Shown piece after piece: positions 10,226 to 20,394 of a stretch of DNA of 40,535 nt. The translations under genes and the position numbers were made by a program. The stretch's first letter is position 1. Every line of letters starts with the position of its first letter. Source of the DNA: Sphingomonadales bacterium (GTDB lineage Bacteria; Pseudomonadota; Alphaproteobacteria; Sphingomonadales; Sphingomonadaceae); the NCBI GenBank assembly GCA_038255245.1, contig JBBSLM010000001.1, forward strand, positions 1 through 40,535, in the 5' to 3' direction. The notes under the pieces were generated by a model that saw only the letters and a list, made by a program, of their open reading frames with translations, had not been told where the DNA came from and ran no database searches.

Positions 10226-11401
10226 CTACTCGATCGCGGGTTCTACCCTATCATCCCAACCCCAGCAGTCCATCGGCTCGCGGACGGCATCGGCAGGCAA
10301 CGCTTTGGAGCTGGCGGCGAGAACGCCCAGAGCGCCAAGCTCGTTGCGGGACGGCGCGCAGATCTGATCGGATGGCACGGAGAGGATTCTATCCGTCAGC
10401 ATCGACGGAAGGCCGATCTCCTGAATATAGGCGCGCAGCCTGGCCGAGAAGACCCGAAACCCTTCGCCCACCAGCGCACTGACCTCTTCATTCGAATCTC
10501 CCGTGACCATGCCGGGAATATTCTGTGGACCGTGGAAACCGAGTTGGCTGGTGCGGAGCAGCGCGCGCTCCGTCCCACCCAGATAGGCAAAGCTGCAAGC
10601 GGACAGGCAAGCACCCCAGCGCGGCGACTCATATTCTGCCGAAGAGCCGGGGCGCCCCACATTGGTCTTGAGGCCGTATTGCCGGATTGCACGGCCGAAG
10701 CGGATCGCACCAGCCGCGTCCCCGCCGACGGAGTTCAAATAGACTGTTGAGCCAGGCTCTATTTCGAGGTCACGAACGGCCGCCTCGAAATAGTCCACCG
10801 TGTCGCTCGTGACATAGCCACTGCCGAACAGCGCCATCGTGTCGCCGGGTGCGGGAGCAAGCGAGAAGCGCATTGGCCGGAAATTCGGCGGGTCCGGCGA
10901 TCCGCCCCGGTCGATCGGCAGATACTCCGCGAACATGCGGCTGTAGACGAGCCGAACCGGACCCGTGCCCTCGCGACTTCGGGAGATCAGCCGCAGGGTC
11001 GGGACCGGCGCCGAACGATCGATTTCGGGCGGGTCGCGGGTCCACACAACGTGTCCAAAAGCCAGCGCGAAGCCACCGATGCGCCGCTCCATCCAGATTT
11101 CCGTAGCGCAATGGCCGCGCTCGCAGCGACGCGGATCGATCAGTAGCAGGAGCCGGCTGATCTCATTGGAATCGGGGGTCGCGATCTCCGTCAGGCAAGC
11201 GCCACGGGGGTCCCGGCTGCCGGGATCGACGATAAAATCCGCCGGGGTCCGGGCAATCGCCTCGAGGGCGGGCTGGTCATTCGAGACGCAATTGGCCACC
11301 ACGGTCGGCGACGGACGTGTCGAGACATAGGTCAGACAGATACCAACCGACGCTAGCCCGAAGAATATGGAGATGGAATTGAGGAGCTGTCCGCGCGCCA
11401 T
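10226..11401 (-). CDS. Membrane-anchored protein with ClpP/crotonase-like (COG3904-type) C-terminal domain
   Basis: N-terminal hydrophobic segment; VYLNSVGG, CLSACSFAYLGG, LGFH motifs. Confidence 0.6.
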   Translation of the reverse strand: MARGQLLNSISIFFGLASVGICLTYVSTRPSPTVVANCVSNDQPALEAIARTPADFIVDPGSRDPRGACLTEIATPDSNEISRLLLLIDPRRCERGHCATEIWMERRIGGFALAFGHVVWTRDPPEIDRSAPVPTLRLISRSREGTGPVRLVYSRMFAEYLPIDRGGSPDPPNFRPMRFSLAPAPGDTMALFGSGYVTSDTVDYFEAAVRDLEIEPGSTVYLNSVGGDAAGAIRFGRAIRQYGLKTNVGRPGSSAEYESPRWGACLSACSFAYLGGTERALLRTSQLGFHGPQNIPGMVTGDSNEEVSALVGEGFRVFSARLRAYIQEIGLPSMLTDRILSVPSDQICAPSRNELGALGVLAASSKALPADAVREPMDCWGWDDRVEPAIE

Positions 11402-11518
11402 GCCTTCGCTTTGCAGCGCGAAATCATGAGGCTTTCAAGGGGAATTCGTTGCGATCAGGCGGGGTGGCGATCGAAATCGGCGAGTACGCCGCCCCGCTTG
11501 CTTTGGCGCCGCTCAATG

Positions 11519-12289
11519 TCAGCGTAGCGTCGACGCCTTCATATCCTGAACGAACGGCCCGACCCGCTCGCCGCGCGCCAGCCGCTCGACGATCGCCGAG
11601 CCGCAAATCACCCCGGCTGCACCGGCGGAAAGCGCGGCACGGACATGCTCCGGCCGCGAGATGCCAAAGCCGAAGATTGGCGGCGGGGCGTTCGCGGCGC
11701 GCAATGCCGTCAGCATCGCGTCATGATCGAATGCGACCTTGTCGCCAGCCCCGGTCACGCCCGCGCGGGCGACGCAATAGGTGTAGCCGCCGCCAAGCGA
11801 AGCGATCTCCTCGAGGCGCTCCGGCGGCGTGTTCGCCGCGGCGATCAGCACCGGATCGATCCCGTGTGCCCGGGCGGCGGCGGCATAGGGTTGTGCCTCG
11901 AACAATGGCACGTCGGCGACCAATACGCTGTCCACTCCAGCCGCCGCCGCCCGGCGATAGAAGCCGTCGCGGCCGCGTCCCAGCACGAGGTTGGCGTAAG
12001 TGAGGATACCGACGGGCACGACGGGATGCCGTGCCCGAAAGGCGCCCAGCAACGCGAAACAATCGTCCGGCGTGACGCCGGCACGCAATGCCCGCTCCGC
12101 CGCCGCCTGGATCACCGGGCCGTCGGCAATCGGGTCGGAAAAGGGGATGCCAAGCTCCAGCATGTCCGCGCCGCCCGCGACGAGCTCGTCGAGGATCGCG
12201 GCGCTCGTCTCGAGATCGGGATCGCCAAGCATGACGAAGGCGCCGAACACGCCCTCACCCTTCGCGAACATCGCGGCGTAGCGGCTCAC
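11519..12289 (-). CDS. trpA: Tryptophan synthase alpha chain
   Basis: [38 protein letters not shown]. Confidence 0.96.
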   Translation of the reverse strand: MSRYAAMFAKGEGVFGAFVMLGDPDLETSAAILDELVAGGADMLELGIPFSDPIADGPVIQAAAERALRAGVTPDDCFALLGAFRARHPVVPVGILTYANLVLGRGRDGFYRRAAAAGVDSVLVADVPLFEAQPYAAAARAHGIDPVLIAAANTPPERLEEIASLGGGYTYCVARAGVTGAGDKVAFDHDAMLTALRAANAPPPIFGFGISRPEHVRAALSAGAAGVICGSAIVERLARGERVGPFVQDMKASTLR

Positions 12290-13452
12290 AGCAGGGCCTC
12301 CGCCTGCGCCACGTCCTTGTCGCCGCGCCCGGACAGATTGACGACCAGTACCTCCGCCTCATCCGCCAGCTTCAAGGCGTGGGCCAAAGCGTGCGCGGAT
12401 TCGAAGGCGCAGATGATCCCCTCGGTTCGCGCCAGCAGGGCGAAGGCCGCAAGCGCTTCCTGGTCGGTCGCGCCGACATATTCGGCCCGGCCGCTGTCCT
12501 TCAGGAAAGCATGCTCCGGCCCCACCGCGGGATAATCGAGGCCCGCGGAGACGGACCAGCTGTCGCTGATCTGCCCGTCCGCATCCTGCAGCACATAGGT
12601 CTCCGCCCCGTGCAGCACGCCCGGCCGGCCGCGCAGCAAGGTCGCGCCATGCTCGGCGCCGTTCAGCCCCTTCCCCGCCGCCTCGACGCCGATCAGGCGC
12701 ACGCCTTCGTCGGCGACGAAATCGGCAAACAGCCCGATCGCGTTGGAGCCGCCGCCGACGCAGGCAATCGCCGCATCGGGCAGCCGCCCCTCCTCCTCAA
12801 GAATTTGCGCGCGCGCCTCCTTGCCGATCACGCGCTGATATTCGCGGACCATCAGCGGAAAGGGGTGCGGCCCGGCGACGGTGCCGAGCAGATAATGGGT
12901 ATCGGCGAAGCTCGCGGTCCAGTCGCGCAACGCCTCGTTGACTGCATCCTTCAGTCCGCGCCCGCCGCTCTCCACCGGCACCACTTCGGCCCCCATCAGC
13001 TTCATCCGGAAGACGTTCAGGCTCTGCCGCTCGACATCGTGCGCGCCCATGTAGATGCGGGTCTTCAGCCCGAACAACGCCCCGGCGAGCGCGGTGGCGA
13101 CACCGTGCTGGCCCGCGCCGGTTTCGGCGATCAGCCGCCTCTTGCCCATCCGCCTGGCCAGCATCGCCTGCCCCAGCACCTGATTGGTCTTGTGCGCGCC
13201 GCCGTGGAGGAGGTCCTCGCGCTTGAGGTAAATCCGCGCCTTGCCCGCGCCGAAATTGCGGCCAAAATTCCTGCAAAGGGTAAGCGGCGTCGGCCGCCCG
13301 GCATATTTGGCCAGCAATTCGGCCAGCTCGGCCTGAAAGAGCTCGTCGGCCTGCGCAGCGAGAAAGGCAGCCTCCAGCTCCTCCAGCGCGGGCATCAGGA
13401 TTTCGGGCACATAAGCCCCGCCATAAGCGCCGAAGCGACCGTCCATCAGCAT
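12286..13452 (-). CDS. trpB: Tryptophan synthase beta chain
   Basis: [16 protein letters not shown] (PLP lysine), [26 protein letters not shown]; start at 13452 or 13446. Confidence 0.97.
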   Translation of the reverse strand: MLMDGRFGAYGGAYVPEILMPALEELEAAFLAAQADELFQAELAELLAKYAGRPTPLTLCRNFGRNFGAGKARIYLKREDLLHGGAHKTNQVLGQAMLARRMGKRRLIAETGAGQHGVATALAGALFGLKTRIYMGAHDVERQSLNVFRMKLMGAEVVPVESGGRGLKDAVNEALRDWTASFADTHYLLGTVAGPHPFPLMVREYQRVIGKEARAQILEEEGRLPDAAIACVGGGSNAIGLFADFVADEGVRLIGVEAAGKGLNGAEHGATLLRGRPGVLHGAETYVLQDADGQISDSWSVSAGLDYPAVGPEHAFLKDSGRAEYVGATDQEALAAFALLARTEGIICAFESAHALAHALKLADEAEVLVVNLSGRGDKDVAQAEALL

Positions 13453-14846
13453 GAGGAGACTGCCTCGCAGCCCGTGGACCGCAGCGCGGCAAAGAAGGCC
13501 TCGAGCTTCGCCGAATCCTTGCGGCCCGGCGTCGCTTCGACCCCCGAGCCGACGTCGAGCGCCCACGCGCCCACTTTCGCGGCCGCACCGGCATTGCCCG
13601 GATGCAGGCCACCAGCCAGCAAGGCCGAGCTCAGTTCGGGGCGGCCGTCCAGCCGGGACCAATCGAATAGGCGCCCGGTGCCGCCCGACTGCCCACCGAC
13701 CTTGCTGTCGAACAAGGTCCGGTCCGCGCCAAGTCTCGGCGACGGGATGTCCGCCCCGACCGCTCCCGCCGCCCACAGCTCCGTCTCGTCCGGCAGCAAA
13801 GCGCGCAGGCCGCGAATATAGCCCGCATCCTCCTCGCCATGCAGTTGCACCGCAGCGAAGCCGTGCCGCCGCGCGGCCATCGCGACATTGACCAGCTTCT
13901 CGTTGCGAAACACGCCAACGCGTTTGGGCGCCGTCCTCGCCTCGGCCAATATGGTCTCGACCTGAGCGGAGGTCACCGCGCGCGGCGTGCCCGGCACCAG
14001 CACGAAGCCGACATGGCTCGCGCCGGCCTTTGCCGCCATGTCCAGATCGGCCGCCTGCGTGATTCCGCACACTTTCACCCGCCCGAAGGCCAGCGCCCGC
14101 GCCGCCTCCGCCGGATCGTCCGCGCGCATCAAGGCGGTGCCGACGAGAAAAGCTCCAACGTGACCAGCCAGGCGCTGCACATCGGCACGGCTGGCGATGC
14201 CGGATTCGGCGACGACGAGGCGGTCTTTCGGCACCAAAGGCGCAAGCCGCTCCGTCACCGCCAGATCGACCTCCAGCGTGCGCAGATCGCGATTGTTGAT
14301 CCCGATCAGCGGCGCGCCGAGCGCCACCGCGCGGCGCACCTCCACTTCGTCATGCGCCTCGACCAGAACGTCCATGCCGAGCCGGCGGGCTTCCTCGATC
14401 ATCTCGCGGGCGGCGAGATCGTCCAGCACCGACAGCATCACCAGCACCGCGTCGGCGCCGTGCAGCCGCGCCTCGACCACCTGGCGCGGATCGATCACGA
14501 AATCCTTGGCCAGCAACGGCCCGTCAAAGGCGCGCCGCACGACCGCCAGATCGGCCAGCGAGCCGCCGAAATAGGGCGCATCGGTCAGCACGCTGATCGC
14601 ATCGGCCGCCCCGGCATAAGCGCGCGCCTGGGCCGCCGGATCGACCGCGGCCAGCATACCGGCGGAGGGCGACGCCTTCTTCACCTCCATGATGAAGCGC
14701 GCGCCCTGCCTGGCCAGCACATAGTGCAGGCTGCGCGAAGTGGGCACCGCCTGCCCGCGCATGCTCTCCAGGCTCACACCGCCGAGGCGCGCCGCCACAT
14801 CCGCACGTTTGCGCGCAACAATTTCCCCGAGCATTCCGTCAAGCAT
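13446..14846 (-). CDS. trpCF: Bifunctional indole-3-glycerol-phosphate synthase / phosphoribosylanthranilate isomerase
   Basis: TrpC motifs [25 protein letters not shown] fused in frame to TrpF motifs [24 protein letters not shown]. Confidence 0.95.
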   Translation of the reverse strand: MLDGMLGEIVARKRADVAARLGGVSLESMRGQAVPTSRSLHYVLARQGARFIMEVKKASPSAGMLAAVDPAAQARAYAGAADAISVLTDAPYFGGSLADLAVVRRAFDGPLLAKDFVIDPRQVVEARLHGADAVLVMLSVLDDLAAREMIEEARRLGMDVLVEAHDEVEVRRAVALGAPLIGINNRDLRTLEVDLAVTERLAPLVPKDRLVVAESGIASRADVQRLAGHVGAFLVGTALMRADDPAEAARALAFGRVKVCGITQAADLDMAAKAGASHVGFVLVPGTPRAVTSAQVETILAEARTAPKRVGVFRNEKLVNVAMAARRHGFAAVQLHGEEDAGYIRGLRALLPDETELWAAGAVGADIPSPRLGADRTLFDSKVGGQSGGTGRLFDWSRLDGRPELSSALLAGGLHPGNAGAAAKVGAWALDVGSGVEATPGRKDSAKLEAFFAALRSTGCEAVSSC

Positions 14847-15903
14847 TGGTCACCTCGACCAGCGCATCCAGCGCCTGCAAGGCGCGGCCCGAGCCCAGCG
14901 CCCGCAGCGCTTGCTCCGCGCCATCCTTCAGCGTCTCCGCCTTGCCCGCCGTCAGCAGCAGCGCCCCGGCATTCAGCGCCACCGCCTCGCGCTCGGCCCT
15001 GGTGCCATAGCCCATCAGCAGGCTCTTCAGCCGCTCGGCATTCTCCTCCGGCCCGCCGCCGCGCAGGCTTGCCAGCGGCGAGCGCGTGAAACCCGCATCC
15101 TCCGGGGTGATGACGAGATGCTCGATCTGCCCATCGACCAGCCTCACCGCGCGCGTTTCCGCGTGCAGGGCGATTTCGTCCAGGCCACTGCCATGCACGA
15201 CCATTGCCCGGCCCACGCCGATCGCGGCCAGAGTCCGCGCCACCGGCTCCAGCAGCCGTTCCTCGGCGACACCGAGCAATTGCACGCCTGGCTCGGCCGG
15301 GTTCACGCACGGGCCCAGGATGTTCATGATCGTCCGCACCTTCAGTGCGCGCCGCACCGGCCCGGCATGGCGCAGGCCGGGATGATAGGCCGGCGCGAAC
15401 AGGAAACAGATGCCGGCATGATCGAGGGCCTGCCGCGAGACGGCTGGCGAGACGTCGAGCTTCACCCCCAATTGTTCGAGCACGTCGGCCGAGCCGCAAC
15501 GCGAGGTCACCGAGCGATTGCCGTGCTTGGCGACCGGCAGCCCGGCGGCGGCGGCGGCGAAGGCGACCGCGGTCGACAGGTTGATCGTCCCCGATCCGTC
15601 GCCGCCGGTGCCGCAACTGTCGGCGAACAGATAATCGGGCCGTTCGAACGGCACATCCGCGGCGCGCAGGGCCCGCGCGGCGCCGATCAGTTCGTCGGTC
15701 GTCTCGCCCTTCAGCTTCAGCGCGACCAGCATGGCGGAGATGACGGGCGCGTCGAGCCGGCCGGCGACCAGTTCGCCGAACAGAAGCTCGGCTTCGTCCT
15801 GAGCGAGTGATTGGCCGGCGAAGAGCGAAGCGAGCGCGTCTTCGGTGGTGGGGGCAGTTTCGATTTCAGCAGCCGGGGCGGCCAGAAGGGCATTGATGGA
15901 CAT
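14839..15903 (-). CDS. trpD: Anthranilate phosphoribosyltransferase
   Basis: DSCGTGGDG, NLST, VAKHGNRSVTSRCGSAD, GLDE. Confidence 0.95.
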   Translation of the reverse strand: MSINALLAAPAAEIETAPTTEDALASLFAGQSLAQDEAELLFGELVAGRLDAPVISAMLVALKLKGETTDELIGAARALRAADVPFERPDYLFADSCGTGGDGSGTINLSTAVAFAAAAAGLPVAKHGNRSVTSRCGSADVLEQLGVKLDVSPAVSRQALDHAGICFLFAPAYHPGLRHAGPVRRALKVRTIMNILGPCVNPAEPGVQLLGVAEERLLEPVARTLAAIGVGRAMVVHGSGLDEIALHAETRAVRLVDGQIEHLVITPEDAGFTRSPLASLRGGGPEENAERLKSLLMGYGTRAEREAVALNAGALLLTAGKAETLKDGAEQALRALGSGRALQALDALVEVTNA

Positions 15904-15936
15904 GACGGAAATCCTGTGACGGGAGGAAGAGCGCGC

Positions 15937-15966
15937 AAACAAAAAGCCCGCCGGAACGGCGGGCCT
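15937..15966 (-). terminator. Attenuator intrinsic terminator of the trp operon
   Basis: Minus strand GCCCGCCG-TTC-CGGCGGGC-TTTTTGTTT, about 35 nt upstream of the trpD ATG and downstream of the leader peptide. Confidence 0.85.
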
Positions 15967-16005
15967 CATGGATGCGGGGGCTTTGAAGTCTCTGTTAGGA
16001 GATCG

Positions 16006-16110
16006 TCACCATCGATCCGGGCGCGCCGCGTCGGCAGGCATACGCCACCAAAGCCAGGCCTGCGCATGCAGGGCCGGAACGGGCTTCGGCTGGTTGATTT
16101 CGTTCGTCAT
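16006..16110 (-). CDS. trpL: trp operon leader peptide, 34 aa, not in ORF track
   Basis: MTNEINQPKPVPALHAQAWLWWRMPADAARPDRW-stop; four Trp codons including tandem WW, followed by a terminator hairpin. Confidence 0.85.
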   Translation of the reverse strand: MTNEINQPKPVPALHAQAWLWWRMPADAARPDRW

Positions 16111-16171
16111 TGCCGTCCATGTCGGGGTTGCCGCCTTGCGCGTCAACCCGGTTTCGGGGCGGCGCGAAATT

Positions 16172-16732
16172 TTAGCGGTAGAAGATGTGCAGGCCGATCT
16201 TGGTGGTACGGTTCAGGCGCGGGCCCCAGGCCGGGGAGACATAATCGGCGTGATACCAAAGCGTGTCTGCGGGCAGCAGGCGCGAGGCGGTGCCGGCCTG
16301 CGCCAGACGCGCGACGCCGACGGCGCGGCGCCACATTTCCGAATTGCGATCGACGCGCGGAATGCGGCCGCCGCGAACGTAGGAGAATTGCGCCGGCTGC
16401 AGGACGACGCCGCAGATCGTGGTCGGATAACGGCCGGAGCGCATGCGGTTCAATACCACTTCGGCGACCGCCACCTGGCCTTCGAGCGGCTCCAGGCCGG
16501 CTTCGAAATAGACGGTGTTGGCCAGGCAATCCTGCTCGGCATCTTCGGTCTCAAAGCGGGCATGCGCCTCGACGGCGCGCTCCAGCTGGGCCGAGGGATC
16601 GTTTTGGGCGAACGTGCGGGGAACCGAAGCGATGGCCGTGACGCCGCTGGCGGGGCCGGCGGCAGCGATCTCGGCGGCGGCCGGATCGGTGAAGGAAGCG
16701 GCGACAGCGGCGAGACCGAAAAATATGCTCAT
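16172..16732 (-). CDS. Cell wall hydrolase (SleB/Hydrolase_2 family)
   Basis: CLANTVYFEA, GQVAVAEVVLNR, QFS, YHADYVSP.W, IGLHIFYR. Confidence 0.92.
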   Translation of the reverse strand: MSIFFGLAAVAASFTDPAAAEIAAAGPASGVTAIASVPRTFAQNDPSAQLERAVEAHARFETEDAEQDCLANTVYFEAGLEPLEGQVAVAEVVLNRMRSGRYPTTICGVVLQPAQFSYVRGGRIPRVDRNSEMWRRAVGVARLAQAGTASRLLPADTLWYHADYVSPAWGPRLNRTTKIGLHIFYR

Positions 16733-16947
16733 CGTCGAAATTCGCTCCTGCTCGCGAAACCGGTTTGGCGGGGCGCGAAGCGCTCCGGATCCGGTTTCTG
16801 AAATCTGAAAACCCCCTGCGGAACCAGGCTGTTGCCCATCTCCGCTTCAACTCTGAACGGGGATGTGCCGCGCTATCCGTTAAGCATCAACCTGTCGCAG
16901 CCATGCTTTCGATGAGCCGAGCCGATGATTGCGACGAGCCGAGGAAC

Positions 16948-17466
16948 CTATTTCGGTTGGGCGGAATTTTGGCTCGGCTGGGCGGCGGGGATTTCGACGC
17001 CCGAGATCATCCTGACCTGCGCGCTCGGCACCCAGCCCGACCGGCACGGGCCTTCATAGTCGCGCCGCGAGCGCACCGGGGCGGACACGCCGCAGGATCG
17101 GTCGGCCCGCCCGCCATCGGCGAAGACCACGCCCATCCAGCGCTGATCGAGCGAACGCGTGCAGATGAAGAAGCTCGCGCCGGGATTGAGGCTGCCGCTC
17201 TCATGCGATTGTTCGAACGGCCCGGCGCGCACCGGCACGGGACCGTCGGCGGCGCGCTCATTGACCTGGCCCTGCGCGTTGCAGGCCGCGAAATTCGGCC
17301 CCAGCTCACCGATCCGCACCGGCGTCTCCACATCTCCCAGCGTGGCATTGTCCAGCTGCGGCCGGTCGATCCGCGGCGTGGTCGAGCCATAGCCGTTGGC
17401 GATCGGCTGATCGTTGCAAGCGCTGAGGAGAAGAAGCGGGACGAGCGGCAGGTAGCGGGCGATCAT
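16948..17466 (-). CDS. Hypothetical lipoprotein (possible SH3-like domain)
   Basis: Lipobox LLLSAC; VRAGP, WMGVV, CRSGWV motifs. Confidence 0.7.
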   Translation of the reverse strand: MIARYLPLVPLLLLSACNDQPIANGYGSTTPRIDRPQLDNATLGDVETPVRIGELGPNFAACNAQGQVNERAADGPVPVRAGPFEQSHESGSLNPGASFFICTRSLDQRWMGVVFADGGRADRSCGVSAPVRSRRDYEGPCRSGWVPSAQVRMISGVEIPAAQPSQNSAQPK

Positions 17467-17531
17467 CGCATCGGCTTAGCGCCACGGACGCGATTGTGCG
17501 AGGCCCATGCGCGCCCTTATAGGCGGCGGCC

Positions 17532-17954
17532 ATGACCTATTGGCTGATGAAGTCCGAACCCGCGGCCTATGGCTGGGACGATCTGGTGCGCGACCAGGGC
17601 ACCGAATGGGACGGCGTGCGCAACAATGCCGCCACCCTCCATCTGAAGGCAATGAAGCCCGGCGACCACGCCTTCCTGTACCACAGCATGAGCGACAAGG
17701 CCGTCGTCGGCATCATGGCAATCACCCGCGCCGCCCGGCCCGACGCAAAGGCGAAGGAAGGCGAGCGCTGGGTGTCGGTCGCGGTGAAGCCGGTCGAGAA
17801 ACTGCCCCGCCCCGTGACGCTGGCACAGATCAAGGCCGAGCCGAAGCTGAAGGACATGGAATTGATCCGCCAGTCGCGCCTGTCGGTGGCGCCGGTGCGC
17901 CCGGAGGAGTGGGATCTGGTGCTGGCGATGGCGGGCGCCACGGCGAAGGCCTGA
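17532..17954 (+). CDS. EVE domain protein
   Basis: YWLMKSEP, WDGVRN, YHS, RLSVAPV..EEW. Confidence 0.93.
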   Translation: MTYWLMKSEPAAYGWDDLVRDQGTEWDGVRNNAATLHLKAMKPGDHAFLYHSMSDKAVVGIMAITRAARPDAKAKEGERWVSVAVKPVEKLPRPVTLAQIKAEPKLKDMELIRQSRLSVAPVRPEEWDLVLAMAGATAKA

Positions 17955-17988
17955 ACCCCCGCCCGGATTGCACGCCGGGCCGGCCGGT

Positions 17989-19065
17989 TCAGCCGCGCTT
18001 GCGACGCCGCCCGCGCGGACCGACCGCGACGCTTCCCGCTCCCGCCGCACCCGCTTCCGGTCCCTCGGCCCCGGGCGCGTCCACCTCGGCCGCCGCCTCG
18101 GCCTCCTGGGCGTCGAGCCATGCCGCATAGTCCGCCCGCATTTCCTCCCCCGCCAATTCCCAATGGCTCTCCCCCGGCGTGAACGGCTCGAACGCCTCGC
18201 ACAATTCCACCGGCTCCAGCGCCCCGCGATAGTCCACCGCGCCGGCCACCGGCACGAACGGCACGTCCGGATCGTCGGCCAGCGCCTCCGCCGCCGCGCT
18301 CCCGCCCTGGTCGCGCGCCTCCCGCGAAGCCCGCGCCCGCGCCGCGCACGCCTCCAGCGCCGCCCCGATCTCCGCTTGCGCCTGGGGATCGAGCGCCACC
18401 CCCGCAAACCCCTCCACCGCCGCCGCGGCCTCGTCTCCGCCCAGCGCCGCCGAGCGCCCCCCACCCGAAATCACCGTCCGCACCGACGTCATCGAAGCTT
18501 CCGCCCCGGCCATTCCTCCCCGAGATTTGTCGGGGAGGGGGACCGCTCCCGAAGGGAGTGGTGGAGGGGCCGCCGCGTCAGCGGCGGAATTCTCAACGGA
18601 TGCAATCCCCGCGCTCGCCCGCGTCGAGAAATAATTCACCGTCACCCGCTTGCCGTCCGCATCCTGGCCATAATGGCGCAGGATGAACATCAGCAGCCTG
18701 TCATTGAATTTGCGCCGGAACCCCATCAGCTTGCCGCCGCAGAAGACCGGCACCAGCTCCCCCTCGATCACCCGCTGGAAGGCGATGTCCTTCAGCTTCG
18801 GCACGGTGAAGTCGAGCGCCGCGTCCCACGCCCGCCGGAACTCCTCCGCCCCCGGCGCCCGCCGCAGCGTATAGCAATTGGTCTGCGCCATATTCACTTG
18901 TCTCGCCGCCCGATCGACACAGCCGGTGTCGGCCAACGCCCCGATAAACGCCCTCTGCCGCTCGGGCGTCCAGCCATCGTGGCGATAGCGCCGCGGGACG
19001 GGGGTGAAGTCGGGGATCGGCGGGCGGTCTTCGCGCGGCGCGGGGGCGGGCAGGCGTTTGGTCAT
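17989..19065 (-). CDS. Hypothetical protein with N-terminal HTH (terminase-small-subunit-like) and an in-frame REP insertion
   Basis: RHDGWTPERQRAFI.ALADTG.V..AA...FRRAWDAAL and DRLLMFILR motifs; low-complexity acidic C-terminus. Confidence 0.7.
   Translation of the reverse strand: MTKRLPAPAPREDRPPIPDFTPVPRRYRHDGWTPERQRAFIGALADTGCVDRAARQVNMAQTNCYTLRRAPGAEEFRRAWDAALDFTVPKLKDIAFQRVIEGELVPVFCGGKLMGFRRKFNDRLLMFILRHYGQDADGKRVTVNYFSTRASAGIASVENSAADAAAPPPLPSGAVPLPDKSRGGMAGAEASMTSVRTVISGGGRSAALGGDEAAAAVEGFAGVALDPQAQAEIGAALEACAARARASREARDQGGSAAAEALADDPDVPFVPVAGAVDYRGALEPVELCEAFEPFTPGESHWELAGEEMRADYAAWLDAQEAEAAAEVDAPGAEGPEAGAAGAGSVAVGPRGRRRKRG
18514..18573. repeat. REP-like unit inside a coding sequence
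   Basis: TCCTCCCCGA-GATTTG-TCGGGGAGGGGGACCGCTCCCGAAGGGAGTGGTGGAGGGGCCGC aligns with 6839-6898. Confidence 0.85.
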
Positions 19066-19182
19066 GGTCGATGCTCCTGATCGAGGCGAATCGGCCAGCT
19101 TATGACTCAATTGGCGGGCTGTAGGAAAATGGTTTGTTTTCGTTTTGTTCCTATATCAATATTTCCGAATGACCGAGTCCGG

Positions 19183-19542
19183 CTATTGGGAAAAGTGTGG
19201 AGACAGCTCTTCCTGCCACGTCTCGACGCAGGCAAAGCGTTCCGCAAACTCGCGAACCGAACTCGCCACGCATTCATCGGTCGGGAGTCTCATATGCTCT
19301 CGCAGCCCCACGAAAGCATGCCAGCAATGGTCGTCAATAGTCGAACGCCCGTTACTCCACTGATACAGCCCCCGATAGAGGCTCGGCACCCTCACCTGCT
19401 CGGCGATGAAGAACTCGCCACTTTCCAGCCTCGCCTTCAGCATTGCACTCTGGTCCGGCTCGAGGACACCTTCGAACCATAATGTGCCGAAGGCTTTGAA
19501 ATTTCCGGCGTCCCGATAGCAATATTCGAACTCAGTCCACAT
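19183..19542 (-). CDS. Hypothetical protein
   Basis: GGGAG RBS; FEYCYRDAGNFK, FFIAEQV and DDHCWH motifs; starts just downstream of the DUF3883-like gene. Confidence 0.7.
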   Translation of the reverse strand: MWTEFEYCYRDAGNFKAFGTLWFEGVLEPDQSAMLKARLESGEFFIAEQVRVPSLYRGLYQWSNGRSTIDDHCWHAFVGLREHMRLPTDECVASSVREFAERFACVETWQEELSPHFSQ

Positions 19543-19554
19543 GATCACTCCCTT

Positions 19555-20394
19555 TCATCGTAGCGCTGCGCGATAGCTTAGTGGGTGAAGCGCCAAGAAG
19601 CGGCCCAAAGGTGGGCGCACTTCAAAGCCGCGAGGTTGTGACGAGAGGTCGTGCAGCCGTGTCAGGACAAAAACGTCCGGTCGTTCTTCGCTGAAAAGTC
19701 GCTCATTCTCGCTTAGGTAAAACGGAGTCTTGGCTGAGCCGTTTGTCGCCTTCACCTCGATCAGACGCAGCGAGCCATCGGCAGCGAAAGAAGCTATGTC
19801 GTAGCCAGCGCCATCCCCTCTCTCCTCCGAAATCCATTCCACTTTACGAGCCAAATCGTCTCGCCCGGACGCAACAAGTTGCTGCCGCTCATGGTGGAAC
19901 ACCAATTCCTCACCTTTGCGGCCAAGCTGCCGGTTACGGGCGTCGCGTTCGGCAGGGTCGAACTTGCGAACAAGCCGTTCCAGTGCCTCAGTTGTCTTCT
20001 TGTCATCGGGGGAAACAACCGGCGGCGGCCCGATCCACAAGGAAGCGGAGGAGTTGAACACAGCCTCGCGCAGACTTTCCGGCTTCACCTCCATCCACGG
20101 ACTGAACGACAAATGCCGCTCGATCGCCGCGATCAGGCTGTTCTGGAAATTCACATTGGGAGCATAACCCCGGATGCGGGGGAGGCCGAGCCGTTCGAGC
20201 ACCGCGCTAATGTTCATATGCTTCCGCTCGATCGACCCGCGAGAGCGTCCCGTTAGTTCGACCAGTCCACGGTTGTGGTGCGCTTTGACCGCCGCTTTTC
20301 CCGCCATCTCCTGCACGAGCATTGCGAAATAATCGGCGACGATGATGTCGTTCTCTGCGTCAGACCATGCGCTGCCGTCGACACTGTCGCTCAT
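19555..20394 (-). CDS. DUF3883 (NO VEIN-like) PD-(D/E)XK nuclease-domain protein
   Basis: G..GE..V..HE, GDGAGYDIASF, IEVKAT, FYLSENE motifs; N-terminal WS..E....VADYF.ML domain. Confidence 0.85.
   Translation of the reverse strand: MSDSVDGSAWSDAENDIIVADYFAMLVQEMAGKAAVKAHHNRGLVELTGRSRGSIERKHMNISAVLERLGLPRIRGYAPNVNFQNSLIAAIERHLSFSPWMEVKPESLREAVFNSSASLWIGPPPVVSPDDKKTTEALERLVRKFDPAERDARNRQLGRKGEELVFHHERQQLVASGRDDLARKVEWISEERGDGAGYDIASFAADGSLRLIEVKATNGSAKTPFYLSENERLFSEERPDVFVLTRLHDLSSQPRGFEVRPPLGRFLALHPLSYRAALR

Noticed and set aside
13249-13272. RNFG-RNFG tandem duplication in trpB
   Set aside because: Short, imperfect at DNA level and in frame; probably a neutral loop insertion
17532-17954. 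EVE protein as part of a modification-dependent restriction system
   Set aside because: Stand-alone EVE genes are common in alphaproteobacteria; it is on the opposite strand and not operonic with the nuclease
17989-19065. Prophage or GTA packaging module
   Set aside because: Only an isolated terminase-small-subunit-like HTH; no large terminase, portal or capsid genes nearby
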